Below are positions 45,999 to 55,666 of a stretch of DNA of 64,000 bases, piece by piece. Positions within the stretch are counted from its first letter, which is position 1, and each line of letters opens with the position of its first letter. Under the pieces are notes generated by a model that was given only the letters and a program-made list of their open reading frames with translations, had not been told where the DNA came from and ran no database searches. The position numbers and the translations under genes are program-made. The DNA lies in NCBI GenBank assembly GCA_041611735.1, contig JBFIML010000023.1, positions 1-64,000 on the forward strand, given 5' to 3'. This DNA is from Myxococcota bacterium. Lineage in GTDB: Bacteria; Myxococcota_A; UBA9160; PR03.

Positions 45999-48267
45999 AC
46001 GGTTGCTGCCGGGCACCCCGGCGCGGGTCCTGCTGGCGCTGCTCCTGCTCGCCGGGTGTCGGACCCCGGCCGCCGTGCCGGCCGGCTCGCCCCTGGAACC
46101 GCTGCCGGCCCTGGGCGTGTACGTTCCCGAGGCGGCCGATCGCGCCGCCCGCGACGTGGCGGCCGCCGCCCTGGGCGCAGGCCCGCAGGAGGTGCGCGCC
46201 GCGCAGGCGCTCCTCCTCGCCCTGGACCGCCAGCGCCGCGAGTCCGGCGAGGCGCCCACGGGCCTCGCACCCGCCGCCCTCGAGCTAGAGGCCGTGACCC
46301 GGGCGGACCCGCTGGCGCGCCGCGCCGCCACCCGCGAGCTGCTCGAGCGCGACGACCTGGCGCCGGAGACGCGACGCCGCATCCAACAGGAGCTGGAGGA
46401 CGACCCCCTGCGGCTGGCCGACCGCCGCCTGGCCGACGCGCGGCGGGCGCGCTTCGCGCGCCGCTTCAACGCGATCGCCGAGCCCGTGGGCCGCTCGCTC
46501 CTGAGTACGGCCCTGGCTCCCTATCGGCTCGGGCGAGCCCTGCTCACCGTGGTGGCGCAGCGTCACCTGGAGGAGCCCATCAGCGTGCCCGAGCGCCAGG
46601 CCCTGGCCCACTGGAAGCGCTACGTGGAGGCCCATCCAAGTACTCCCGAGGCGGCGCGGCTCGTGAAGCGCATCGAGAAGCTCCAGGGACGCTGGTACTC
46701 CCTGAAGCGCGAGCGCAACCTGCAGGCGGCGCAGGCCGCCTTCCGGCGCGACGACCCCGCCCTCGCCCTGGTGCTGGCGGACCGCGTGCTGCGCTACGCG
46801 CCCGAGGACCGGGAGGCCACGCTCCTGCGCGAGCGCGCCGCGGCGCGCCTCGCCCGGCTGCGCGCCGATCGCCGCCGCAGCCTCGAGGCCTCCGAGCGCC
46901 CGCCGCCCGATGCCGTCGATGCGCGGGCGCGCGGGCTCGCGCTGGCCCTGCTCGATCCGCGCGGCGACGTGGCGGGCGCCGCCCGCCGCCTGCGCGACGC
47001 CGGGGTCGAGGCGCCCCTGGCCGAGGCCGGGGAGTTCGCCCAGGCGCTCGCCCTCGCGGAGACCGGCGCCGAAGCGGAAGCCTGGAAGATCCTCGCGGGT
47101 CTGGCTCGGCGCGACCCGGAGCACTCCCACATGGCGCGCCATGCAGAGGCCCTGGTGGAGCGCCCGGCACAGAACCCCTTGCGCGCCTTCGGCGAGGCGC
47201 GCCGGGCGGAGCGCCGTCGGCGCAGCGCCTGGCTGCTGCTCGGTCCGCTGGCCGAGCCGCGCCAGCGCGAGCTGCCGGCGCCCCTGGCCTGGAGCCTCGG
47301 CGCCTTCTCCCTGGTGGAGGTCGTGGCCGGTCTCCCCATGCGGCTGCTGCGGCTCCCCTTCGCGCCCCGGACCGACGAGGCAGTGGCCGTGCACGCGCGC
47401 CACTACCTGGCACTGCATCCCCGAGGCCAGCAGGCGGAGGGCGTGCGCAGCTGGCTGGTGAAGTACGAGATCGACCGCGGCAACGCCATCGCCGCCCACC
47501 GGCTGGCCGCGGAGGCCGGCGCCGACGCCCGGGAGCTGACCCGGCTGGAGGAGCAGGCGGCCGAGCAGATGCTCGAGACGGCGTTGCGCCAGAAGCGACC
47601 CGACGTGCGGGCGGCGTTGCTGCGCCAGGCGGCCAGCACCCACCCGCAGACCGAGGCCGGCCGCAGAGCCGGAACTCGGCTGCGCCAGGAGCTGGAGGAG
47701 GCCACCACCCAGCGCATCCGCATCTCGCGCGGCTTCCTGTTGGAGAACCCGGAGGTGGCGGGGCCCGCTGGACTCGGACTACGCGCGGAGCTGCTCGACG
47801 GCGAGCCGCGCAACGGCGAGTTGCACCCGGAGGGCGTGCTGCTGCTCGGCGGGCGCACCCTGGAGTTCGCGCTGCTCGAGGTGGACACGGACCCGGATGC
47901 AGCGCCGCGGCGGGTGCGACGCCGCGTCTCGGAGGAGCGCCTGGCGCGCATCGTCTCGCAGCTGGAGGAGGCGACGCTGCGCAACGCGCTCCTCGATCCA
48001 GACGCCGTCTTCGAGCCCGATGCGGACCGCGATCTGTTCTTCGAGCGGGCCCGCTTCGGTTTGGCGGACCGGCCCGACCTGCGAGCCACGGCCCAGTCGA
48101 GCTACGCCTTCCGGGGCATGCGGGAACGCTACGGCCTCGTGCGCCGGCGTGAGAGCATCCTGCCGGTGGAGCTGGTCATCCAGGGCTCCTTCCCGGACCT
48201 CGGCCTGGGCGCCTTCCCGCGCGTGCCCCTGCCGCGACCGACCCCGGACGCGATCCTGTACCGCTAG
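45979..48267 (+). CDS. Large hypothetical helical lipoprotein
   Basis: Lipobox LAGC; about 760 codons; overlaps the upstream gene; start uncertain. Confidence 0.65.
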   Translation: MTASAPERLLPGTPARVLLALLLLAGCRTPAAVPAGSPLEPLPALGVYVPEAADRAARDVAAAALGAGPQEVRAAQALLLALDRQRRESGEAPTGLAPAALELEAVTRADPLARRAATRELLERDDLAPETRRRIQQELEDDPLRLADRRLADARRARFARRFNAIAEPVGRSLLSTALAPYRLGRALLTVVAQRHLEEPISVPERQALAHWKRYVEAHPSTPEAARLVKRIEKLQGRWYSLKRERNLQAAQAAFRRDDPALALVLADRVLRYAPEDREATLLRERAAARLARLRADRRRSLEASERPPPDAVDARARGLALALLDPRGDVAGAARRLRDAGVEAPLAEAGEFAQALALAETGAEAEAWKILAGLARRDPEHSHMARHAEALVERPAQNPLRAFGEARRAERRRRSAWLLLGPLAEPRQRELPAPLAWSLGAFSLVEVVAGLPMRLLRLPFAPRTDEAVAVHARHYLALHPRGQQAEGVRSWLVKYEIDRGNAIAAHRLAAEAGADARELTRLEEQAAEQMLETALRQKRPDVRAALLRQAASTHPQTEAGRRAGTRLRQELEEATTQRIRISRGFLLENPEVAGPAGLGLRAELLDGEPRNGELHPEGVLLLGGRTLEFALLEVDTDPDAAPRRVRRRVSEERLARIVSQLEEATLRNALLDPDAVFEPDADRDLFFERARFGLADRPDLRATAQSSYAFRGMRERYGLVRRRESILPVELVIQGSFPDLGLGAFPRVPLPRPTPDAILYR

Positions 48268-49543
48268 AGCGGGCGCCCGCGTAGGCAGCGTCGAGCAGCT
48301 CGATGGGATGCACCACGCGCGCCCGCAGACCAGCGCGGCGTACGCCCGCCTCGAGCTGCATCATGCAACCGGGGTTTCCGGTCGCGATCACGTCCGGGTC
48401 GGCGGCCGCCAGCGCGCGCATCTTGCGCTCCAGCACCGCCCGCGACATGGCCGGCTGGGTCAGGTTGTAGGTGCCAGCGGCGCCGCAGCAGCTGGTCGGG
48501 TCGTCGTGGTCCACCAGGACGAGGCCGGGGATCGCTGCCAGCAGACGACGCGGGGCCTCCGCCACCCGCTGTCCGTGCACGAGATGACACGGGTCGTCGT
48601 AGCACACGCGCGCCTCGACCCGACCGGGCGGCGGACGCAGGCCGGCCCCGTCGAGCCACTCGGAGACGTCCTTCACGGAGCCGGCGAAACCCGCTCCGCC
48701 CTCCACGTCCCACTCGCCCGCCTCGCGCATGGCCGCTCCGCAGCCCGCCGCGTTCACCACCACTGCGTCCACGCCGGCGATGCCGAAGGCTTCTACGTTG
48801 CGGCGCGCCAGGGCGCGGGCAAACTGCGGGTCGCCGGCGTGGGCGTGCAGTGCACCGCAGCAGCCCTGATCGCGCGGCACCACCACCTCGAAGCCGTTGT
48901 GGGCCAGCACTCGCGCCGTCGCCGCGTTCACGCGCCCGAAGATCTCCCGCATCACGCAGCCGACGAAGAGCCCCACCCGGCCGCGGCGCGGAGGATCGGC
49001 GGCCACCCGCGCGGGAAGTCGGCGGCGCTCCTGGCGCGGCGGGACTCGGGGCAGGAGCTGCTGGGCGTCGCGCAGGGCGCGGGGCAGCAGGGGCCGCGCC
49101 AGCCGGTCGAGGCCCAGGCGCTGGGCGATGGCGAGCACCTGCACGGCGAGGCGCAGCCTCCTGGGTCGGGCCACGACGCTGCGCAGGGCGAGACGCTCCA
49201 GACTTCGAGCCGGGCCGCGTCGCAGCCCCGCGCCCTCCACCTCGGCGCGGGTCAGCTCGAGCAGGCGGCCGAAGCGCACGCCGGAGGGGCAGGCGGTCTC
49301 GCAGGCGCGGCAGCCGAGACACAGCCATGCCTCCTCGGCCAGCACGTCGTCGAAGGGGATGCGACCCTCGGCGACACCTCGCATCAGGAGGATGCGCCCG
49401 CGGGGCGACGAGATCTCGCGCCCGGTCTCCCGGTAGGTGGGGCAGGCCGGCAGACACAGCCCGCAGTGGACGCAGTCGAGCGTGCCGGCGTACAACCCGG
49501 CCAGAGGAGTTTCCGGCCTGGGTGCCTCGGGAGGCGACATCAC
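48176..49543 (-). CDS. glcF: Glycolate oxidase iron-sulfur subunit
   Basis: CVHCGLCLPACP, SPRGR, CLGCRACETACP, two CCG motifs and NPGC. Confidence 0.9.
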   Translation of the reverse strand: MMSPPEAPRPETPLAGLYAGTLDCVHCGLCLPACPTYRETGREISSPRGRILLMRGVAEGRIPFDDVLAEEAWLCLGCRACETACPSGVRFGRLLELTRAEVEGAGLRRGPARSLERLALRSVVARPRRLRLAVQVLAIAQRLGLDRLARPLLPRALRDAQQLLPRVPPRQERRRLPARVAADPPRRGRVGLFVGCVMREIFGRVNAATARVLAHNGFEVVVPRDQGCCGALHAHAGDPQFARALARRNVEAFGIAGVDAVVVNAAGCGAAMREAGEWDVEGGAGFAGSVKDVSEWLDGAGLRPPPGRVEARVCYDDPCHLVHGQRVAEAPRRLLAAIPGLVLVDHDDPTSCCGAAGTYNLTQPAMSRAVLERKMRALAAADPDVIATGNPGCMMQLEAGVRRAGLRARVVHPIELLDAAYAGARSSGTGSRPGSVAAGARAGRRPGRGPGRSPG

Positions 49544-50817
49544 AGCCCTGCCACGAAGCGGCCGGGGTTGAGTACGCCGTCGGGGTCGAAGCGCTGCTTG
49601 AGCGCTCGCAGGAGTGGCAGGCTCTCGGAGGCGTTACCGAAGACGTCGCGCGCCTCGCGGGCCCAGATCGGCGCCGACTCCAGCACGAAGTCGCCGGCGC
49701 CGGCGGCCGCTGCCCGGCGGGCGGCCCGCCAGGCCGCGTCCACGCACGTCTCGTCGGCCCGATCCGGCAGCGGGAAACGCGCCAGCAGCAGCCCGGTGGC
49801 GGTGTGGGCGATCACGCCGGCGCCGGCGGCCAGCAGCTCGGCGGCCGCCGCGGCGAAGCGAGCGGGAAGCGCCGAGACCCGGAAGCGGAGCAGGGGCTCG
49901 TCCGCCACGTCGCCGTGCAGATCCCGCAGCCGCTCGACGGCACCCCGACTCGCAGGCCGAGCCGCGAGCTTCTCGGCCAGCCGGGTGGCCTCCCCCTCCA
50001 CCACGGGGGTGTCGCCGGCCAGCTCCACGAGCAGCAGCAAGCCCTCGCCCGGAGCGTGGGCGGGCTCCAGCACCGGGGCGAGGCTCCCATCCACCAGCGC
50101 CGCCACCCGGACGCCCGGGCGCAGGGCGACGGCCACCGCCGCCTCGACGGCGGCCTCGAGGGCCGGGGCCGGGATCAGCAGCTCCGCCGTGCGCTCCGGA
50201 AGCGGACGCAGCCGCACCCAGGCCGCCTCGATCACGCCGAGCGTGCCGAGCGCTCCCACGTGCAGCTTGACCAGGTCGTAGCCCGTCACGTTCTTCACCA
50301 CGCGGCCTCCGCAGCGCGTGCGCGTCCCGTCGCCGAGCACCACGTCGAGCCCGAGCACGGCGTCCCGCGGGCGCCCGAAGCCCGCGTGCTGCGGCCCGAC
50401 GGCCGCGGCGGCCAGCGTCCCGCCCAGGGTGGCTCGCGCCCCCGGTGGATCGAAGGGCAGCTCCCAGCCCGCCTCGCAGATCGCCTCGCGCAGGACCCCG
50501 AGCGGCGTGCCGGCCCGGGCCCGCAGCACGCCCTCGTCCGGCTCGTACTCGTCGATCCCGGCCAGGCCCTCGGTGGAGAGCAGCACGTGGCCGGTGCGCG
50601 GCAGGTTCCCCAGCCCGAGGCGGCTTCCACCGCCGCGCACCAGGGCCGCCAGACCCCGGGACGCCAGCGCTCGCAGGCTCGCGGCGAGCGCCGCGCCCTC
50701 GGCGGGCCGCAGGGTGACCGGGAGGTCGAGCCCCTCGCAGGCCAGCGGCGCATGCTCCCGGAACGCGTCCGGCCCTACGGCATTGCGCAGCGCTTGCCGC
50801 GCCCCGGCGTCCAGCAT
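49540..50817 (-). CDS. glcE: Glycolate oxidase FAD-binding subunit
   Basis: GGRVVKNVTGYDL, GALGTLGVI and FDPDGVLNPGR; lies between glcD and glcF. Confidence 0.85.
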   Translation of the reverse strand: MLDAGARQALRNAVGPDAFREHAPLACEGLDLPVTLRPAEGAALAASLRALASRGLAALVRGGGSRLGLGNLPRTGHVLLSTEGLAGIDEYEPDEGVLRARAGTPLGVLREAICEAGWELPFDPPGARATLGGTLAAAAVGPQHAGFGRPRDAVLGLDVVLGDGTRTRCGGRVVKNVTGYDLVKLHVGALGTLGVIEAAWVRLRPLPERTAELLIPAPALEAAVEAAVAVALRPGVRVAALVDGSLAPVLEPAHAPGEGLLLLVELAGDTPVVEGEATRLAEKLAARPASRGAVERLRDLHGDVADEPLLRFRVSALPARFAAAAAELLAAGAGVIAHTATGLLLARFPLPDRADETCVDAAWRAARRAAAAGAGDFVLESAPIWAREARDVFGNASESLPLLRALKQRFDPDGVLNPGRFVAGL

Positions 50818-50825
50818 CACGCGCC

Positions 50826-52277
50826 TCAGCCGAAGGGCACGCGGTCGTAGCCGCGGGCCTTCGGGTTCGACTCCATGCAGAAGCGCGTGGTCGGGAAGAT
50901 CTTGCCCGGGTTGCAGACCCCATCGGGATCGAAGGCGGCGCGCAGCCGGCGCATGGCGTCGAGGTCCTCCTCGCCGAAGAGCAGGCCCAGGAAGTCGCGC
51001 TTCTCGGTGCCGATCCCGTGCTCCCCGGTGATGACGCCGCCGGCCTCGACGCAGGTCTGGAGGATCTCCGCCCCCGCGGCCAGCACGCGGCGCAGCTCGT
51101 CGGCGTCTCGCCGGTCGAAGGAGATGTTGGGATGCAGGTTGCCGTCGCCTGCGTGGAAGACGTTGGAGAGACGCAGTCCGTGGCGGTCGCCGATCTCGCA
51201 CACCCGCTCCAGGACCTCGGGGAGCTTGCGGCGCGGCACCACCGCGTCGTGCACGTAGAGGTCCGGTGCGAGCCGGCCCATGGCCCCGAATGCCCCCTTG
51301 CGGGCGCGCCAGAAGCGCTGCCGCTCGGCATCGTCCCGCGCCACCTCCACCGCGCTGGCGCCCTGCTCCCGGGCGATACGACGCACGCGCTGCATCTGGC
51401 GCGGCAGGGCCGCGGCGGGCCCGTCCAGCTCCACGAGCAGCACGGCTCCCGCGTCCCGGGGCAGCCCGGCGGCATAGACGCTCGCCTCCACCGCCTCGAT
51501 GGTCCGACGATCCAGGATCTCGAGGGCGGAGGGCAGCAGGCCGGCGCGGATCACGTGGGTGACGGCCTGACAAGCGGAGACCACGTCGGGGAAGATCCCG
51601 AGCAGCGTCTCCACGGACTCGGGCAGGGCAACGAGCCGCACCGTCACCTCCGTCACCACCCCGAGCGTCCCTTCGCTGCCCACCAGGGCGCCCACCAGGT
51701 CGTAGCCGACGGGCCAGCCGGTGGGGGAGCCGAGGCGCACGCGCTCGCCGTCGGGCAGCACCAGCTCCAGGGCCAGCACGTGGTTCGTGGTGGTGCCGTA
51801 CTTGAGGGTGTGGGGCCCTCCCGAGTTCTCGGCAACGTTGCCACCGATGGTGCAGGCCGCCTGGCTGGAAGGGTCCGGCGCATAGAACAGACCGAAGGGC
51901 GCCGCCCGCTTCGAGAGCTCCGCATTGACGACCCCGGGCTGCACCACGGCGATGCGATTGCTTGCGTCGATCTCGAGCACCCGATCCATGCGCGAACACT
52001 CGATCACCACGGCTCCGTCCAGGGCCAGCGCGCCCCCGGAGAGGCCGGTGCCCGCTCCGCGCGGCACGAAGGGAACCCCCACGCGTCGGCAGGCGCGCAC
52101 CACGCGCGACACCTCCTCGGCATCGCGGGGGAACACGACGGCCCCCGGCTGGGCCGTGTGCAGCGTCAGCGCGTCGCACTCCCAGGGGAGGAGCTGCTCG
52201 GGGCGGGTCACGCAACGCTCGGCCCCGAGGACGTCGCACAGCGCGGCGTGGAGCTCTGCTTGTCGGCCAGCGGTCAC
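50826..52277 (-). CDS. glcD: Glycolate oxidase subunit GlcD (FAD-linked oxidase)
   Basis: PRGAGTGLSGG, PDPSSQ, ENSGGPH.LKYG, GSEGTLG, HAGDGNLHP and GEHGIG. Confidence 0.9.
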   Translation of the reverse strand: MTAGRQAELHAALCDVLGAERCVTRPEQLLPWECDALTLHTAQPGAVVFPRDAEEVSRVVRACRRVGVPFVPRGAGTGLSGGALALDGAVVIECSRMDRVLEIDASNRIAVVQPGVVNAELSKRAAPFGLFYAPDPSSQAACTIGGNVAENSGGPHTLKYGTTTNHVLALELVLPDGERVRLGSPTGWPVGYDLVGALVGSEGTLGVVTEVTVRLVALPESVETLLGIFPDVVSACQAVTHVIRAGLLPSALEILDRRTIEAVEASVYAAGLPRDAGAVLLVELDGPAAALPRQMQRVRRIAREQGASAVEVARDDAERQRFWRARKGAFGAMGRLAPDLYVHDAVVPRRKLPEVLERVCEIGDRHGLRLSNVFHAGDGNLHPNISFDRRDADELRRVLAAGAEILQTCVEAGGVITGEHGIGTEKRDFLGLLFGEEDLDAMRRLRAAFDPDGVCNPGKIFPTTRFCMESNPKARGYDRVPFG

Positions 52278-52314
52278 GAACGAAACGCCTCCCCGGTCGC
52301 CCCGGGTCAGGCCA

Positions 52315-53358
52315 TCAGGCGAGGCCGAGGCGCTCGAGCGCTTCCTCGTCGAGACCGAGATGGTGCCCGACCTCGTGCCTCATCGTGATCTGGATCTGCT
52401 CGATCAGGTCGTCGCGGTCGCGGCAGACCTTCTCCAGGTTCTTCTTGAACAGGAAGATCCGGTTCAGGTCGCGCGGCTGGTCGGTCACGGCGGCCTCCGT
52501 GCGCGGCACGCCCAGGAAGAGGCCCAGGATCTGGGGAGAGAGGTTCTCGCGCTGCATGAGCTCGACGGAGGGGTAGTCCTCGATCAGGATCGGGATGTTC
52601 TCCACGTGCTCGCGCAACGAGCGCGGCAGGTTGCGCAGGGCCTCATCGGCGGCGGTCTCGAACGCGGCTTCGTCGATGACGGCGGGAATCGGATAGTGGT
52701 CGGGCTCCAGGGCGTTCGCCTGGGCCAGGGCCCGGGCCGCCCCCCGCTCGTCGCCGAGCCGCTCGAGCACGAGCCCGAGGTAGTGGACCGCGTGGGCCGA
52801 CTCCGGATCCAGCGTCACGGCCCGCTCGAGCTGGCGCCGCGCCTCCTCGAAGCGACCGAGCTCGAAGAGGAGCTGACCCTCGAAGGCGCGCGGCGAGGAT
52901 TGCTCGCCCCCGGCCTTGAGGGCGCGCCGCACCAGGAAGAGCGCCCCTTCCAGGTCGTCCTGGTAGAAGAACGCCTTCGACTTGAGATAGTGGACCTCGC
53001 TCTCGGTGGAGCGATCCAGGCGAGGCAGCTCCTCCCCACCGGACAGCAGCTGGTCGCACTGCTCCACGGCCTGCTCGAGGGCGCCGTACTCCTCCACGAG
53101 CAGCTCGATCCGGTTCAGGTGGGCGGGGACGTACTTCGGGTCCGCCTTGGTAGCCAGCTCGAACTCGGCCAGGGACTCGTCGATCTTGCCTTCGTCCCAC
53201 AGGATCTCGCCGCGGCCGTTGTGAGCCTCGGCGCCGTCGGGACGGGCCTTCAGGGCGCGGTCGAGCCAGTCGAGCGCCTCCTGGGTGCGCCCGACGTGAT
53301 TGGCATCCATGGCGCGGTCGAGACAATCCCAGTAGCGGTCCGGGTCCTTGTCGTTCAT
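52315..53358 (-). CDS. TPR protein with C-terminal zincin-like metallopeptidase domain
   Basis: TPR repeats followed by ILGLFLG and HEVGHHLG (HExxH). Confidence 0.85.
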   Translation of the reverse strand: MNDKDPDRYWDCLDRAMDANHVGRTQEALDWLDRALKARPDGAEAHNGRGEILWDEGKIDESLAEFELATKADPKYVPAHLNRIELLVEEYGALEQAVEQCDQLLSGGEELPRLDRSTESEVHYLKSKAFFYQDDLEGALFLVRRALKAGGEQSSPRAFEGQLLFELGRFEEARRQLERAVTLDPESAHAVHYLGLVLERLGDERGAARALAQANALEPDHYPIPAVIDEAAFETAADEALRNLPRSLREHVENIPILIEDYPSVELMQRENLSPQILGLFLGVPRTEAAVTDQPRDLNRIFLFKKNLEKVCRDRDDLIEQIQITMRHEVGHHLGLDEEALERLGLA

Positions 53359-53617
53359 GGATCCTTCGCTGGGGAGGCGGACGGGGGGCCCAGCCTCGGA
53401 ACCGCCGAATCATAGCAGAAGGCCGCGCGCCGGATCCCCACCTGCATCCCTCGGAGCGATCGCGTAACTACTTGATATCCGTGCTTATTTCAAAGTCTCG
53501 CAAGACGGTCCCGCGCGGCGGAAGGGCCCGGATCGCTGGCGCTTTCGGGCCTCATCCCCAAAGGGAAGGGTGACGCGCCCGGCGGCTGGCCGCGGCCAGC
53601 GGACCCGCCAGCGGGGC

Positions 53618-54568
53618 TCAGCCCCGGGGGCGCCGGCGCCGGCACAGGGCGGCGGTAGCGAGGCCCGCCGCGAAGAGCAGTGCTGCGCCGGGCTCGGGGA
53701 CGGCGGGCGCGGGCGGCTCGGGGTCGGGCCCGGGGTCGCTGCCACCGTCCGAATCCCCTTCGTCCGGCTCGTCGCCAGCCACAACCGCGTCGGAGTCGCC
53801 GTGGGTCCACCAGAAGACGACCGGCCCGCCTCCGCCCTCGACCCGCACTCCGACCGGATCGTTCCGCCAGGACGCGGGGGCATCGCCGGAGACCGGGCCC
53901 CAGACCGGGCCGCCGTCCGGCGGGCCGGAGTTCACGCTGGGGCCGAGCGCTCCGCCGGAGGTGCCGCGCGGCAGGCCCGCCAGGACGGGCGGGGAGCCGC
54001 CGTCCCGCGCGGAGCCGGAGACGGACCGGGACGCCGGAGGAGGCACCACCACCAGCTTCTCGCCGCCTGCCACGACGGTAGTCGCCGGGGCCGGAGCGAA
54101 GCTCGAACCTCCGCCGTCCCCGGAGCCTGCGCACAGGGTCCACAGCAGTGCGATCAGCACGGCCGCCGCGATCAGCGCGACGGCAAGGAAGCGGCGGCGT
54201 CCATGGCGCGAGGCCGCGCCGAGGGCACCGGCACCGACGAGGGCGACGCCGAGCAGGATGGCCAGGTGGCGACGGGGCCCGGGAGCCGCGTCGGAGTCCG
54301 TGGCCGTGGAAGCCGGCCCTGCGTCCGCCGAAGCCAGGGTGAGCGGGGCGGACGCGAAGGAGCGGGTCTCGACGCTCTGCACCTGGACCGCCAGCGGCAG
54401 GGGCGGCTGGCCAGGGGAGGACGCCTCGGAAGCGGAGTGTGCGGGAGCGGCGGCCAGCACCGCGTCGGGCGTCGTGTGGTGGGCGACGAGCACGACCGCG
54501 CTGATCGCCGCAGCGAGCACGAGGAGGCCCGCGAGCAGTGTGCCGTTCCCAGAGAGTCGGTTCCTCAT
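53618..54568 (-). CDS. PEP-CTERM sorting-domain protein
   Basis: C-terminal VPEP-GAALLFAAGLATAALC-RRRR; low-complexity Pro/Gly/Ser/Asp body; ATG after GGAG. Confidence 0.75.
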   Translation of the reverse strand: MRNRLSGNGTLLAGLLVLAAAISAVVLVAHHTTPDAVLAAAPAHSASEASSPGQPPLPLAVQVQSVETRSFASAPLTLASADAGPASTATDSDAAPGPRRHLAILLGVALVGAGALGAASRHGRRRFLAVALIAAAVLIALLWTLCAGSGDGGGSSFAPAPATTVVAGGEKLVVVPPPASRSVSGSARDGGSPPVLAGLPRGTSGGALGPSVNSGPPDGGPVWGPVSGDAPASWRNDPVGVRVEGGGGPVVFWWTHGDSDAVVAGDEPDEGDSDGGSDPGPDPEPPAPAVPEPGAALLFAAGLATAALCRRRRPRG

Positions 54569-54650
54569 CTCCAGTCTCCACCTCGGGGCCCCATCCCGAA
54601 GCCCTCTCCCCCCGTGTGCAGGCCCGCCGGGCGCGCCCGCCGGGTCGTTT

Positions 54651-54666
54651 TGCAAGGCCCGGGCCA
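54651..54666 (-). promoter_or_regulatory. Putative sigma-54 (-24/-12) promoter
   Basis: Minus strand TGGC-CCGGGCC-TTGCA with correct GG-N10-GC spacing, about 80 nt upstream of the PEP-CTERM gene. Confidence 0.7.
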
Positions 54667-54693
54667 ACCGCCGGGCCATGGAAACCCATAGGA

Positions 54694-54706
54694 AATCAAG
54701 AGCTTG
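54694..54706. promoter_or_regulatory. Putative IHF binding site
   Basis: AATCAA-GAGC-TTG is an exact match to WATCAANNNNTTR, just upstream of the sigma-54 site. Confidence 0.6.
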
Positions 54707-54864
54707 GGTCCGCGGAGCCGGGTGGGGAGCGGGCCCTTCCGGCGCAGGCCTGCTGCCAATGGGAAGCGGTCTGCCCCCGCCACCGCCCTCGCGCAATTTC
54801 TTGCACAGGGCGCGGTAGGCTCTGGAAGCGGCACGCGGAGTGCCGCGGGACCGGGGGATCGACC

Positions 54865-55632
54865 ATGCCCGTCGCCGACTTCTCCCTCGCCGGCAAGGTC
54901 GCCATCGTGACCGGCGGCAGCCGCGGCATTGGACGCTCCATCGCCCTGGGCCTCGCCGAGCACGGGGCCGACGTGGCCATCGCGGCGCGCAAGCCGGAAG
55001 CGCTGGCCGAAGCGGTGGAAGGCGTGCGCAAGGCCGGCCGTCGCGCGGTCGGCGTGCCCACCAACGTGCGCCGCATGGAGGACCTGCGCGGCCTCGTGGA
55101 GGAGACGAAGCGCCAGCTCGGGCGCCTCGACATCCTGGTGAACAACGCCGCGACGAATCCGGTCTACGGACCGATCCAGGAGATCGACGAGCGGGCCTGG
55201 GACGTGATCATGAACACCAACCTGAAGTCCGTCCACTTCCTGAGCGTTCTGGCCCGCACCGCCATGCTCGAGCACGGAGAAGGCGGGAGCATCGTCAACG
55301 TGAGCTCGATCGGCGGAATCATGGCGTCGCACGTGATCGGCGCCTACTCCGTCTCGAAGGCGGCCCTCATCATGCTGACGCAGGTGCAGGCCAAGACCTG
55401 GGGACGCGACGGCATCCGGGTGAACTGCATCGCTCCGGGGCTCGTCAAGACGGATTTCGCGCGCGCGCTCTGGGAGGACGATGCGATCCTCTCCCATGCG
55501 GTGGCCGAGGCCGCCCTGGCGCGCATCGGGGCGCCGGACGAGATGGCGGGCGCGGTCGTGTACCTGGCGAGCCCCGCCGCCGCCTTCGTGACCGGCCAGA
55601 CGCTCGTGCTCGACGGCGGCCGCCGGCTCTAG
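54865..55632 (+). CDS. Short-chain dehydrogenase/reductase
   Basis: TGGSRGIG, NNAATNP, YSVSK and IAPGLVKTDFA. Confidence 0.9.
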   Translation: MPVADFSLAGKVAIVTGGSRGIGRSIALGLAEHGADVAIAARKPEALAEAVEGVRKAGRRAVGVPTNVRRMEDLRGLVEETKRQLGRLDILVNNAATNPVYGPIQEIDERAWDVIMNTNLKSVHFLSVLARTAMLEHGEGGSIVNVSSIGGIMASHVIGAYSVSKAALIMLTQVQAKTWGRDGIRVNCIAPGLVKTDFARALWEDDAILSHAVAEAALARIGAPDEMAGAVVYLASPAAAFVTGQTLVLDGGRRL

Positions 55633-55666
55633 GCGGCTCTCCCGCCGTCGCGAGGAACCCGGCCCC

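Noticed and set aside
53520-53570. Minus-strand GATGAGGCCCGAAAG resembling a hammerhead ribozyme core
   Set aside because: The CUGAUGA core is incomplete and the closing stem with downstream GAAA is missing
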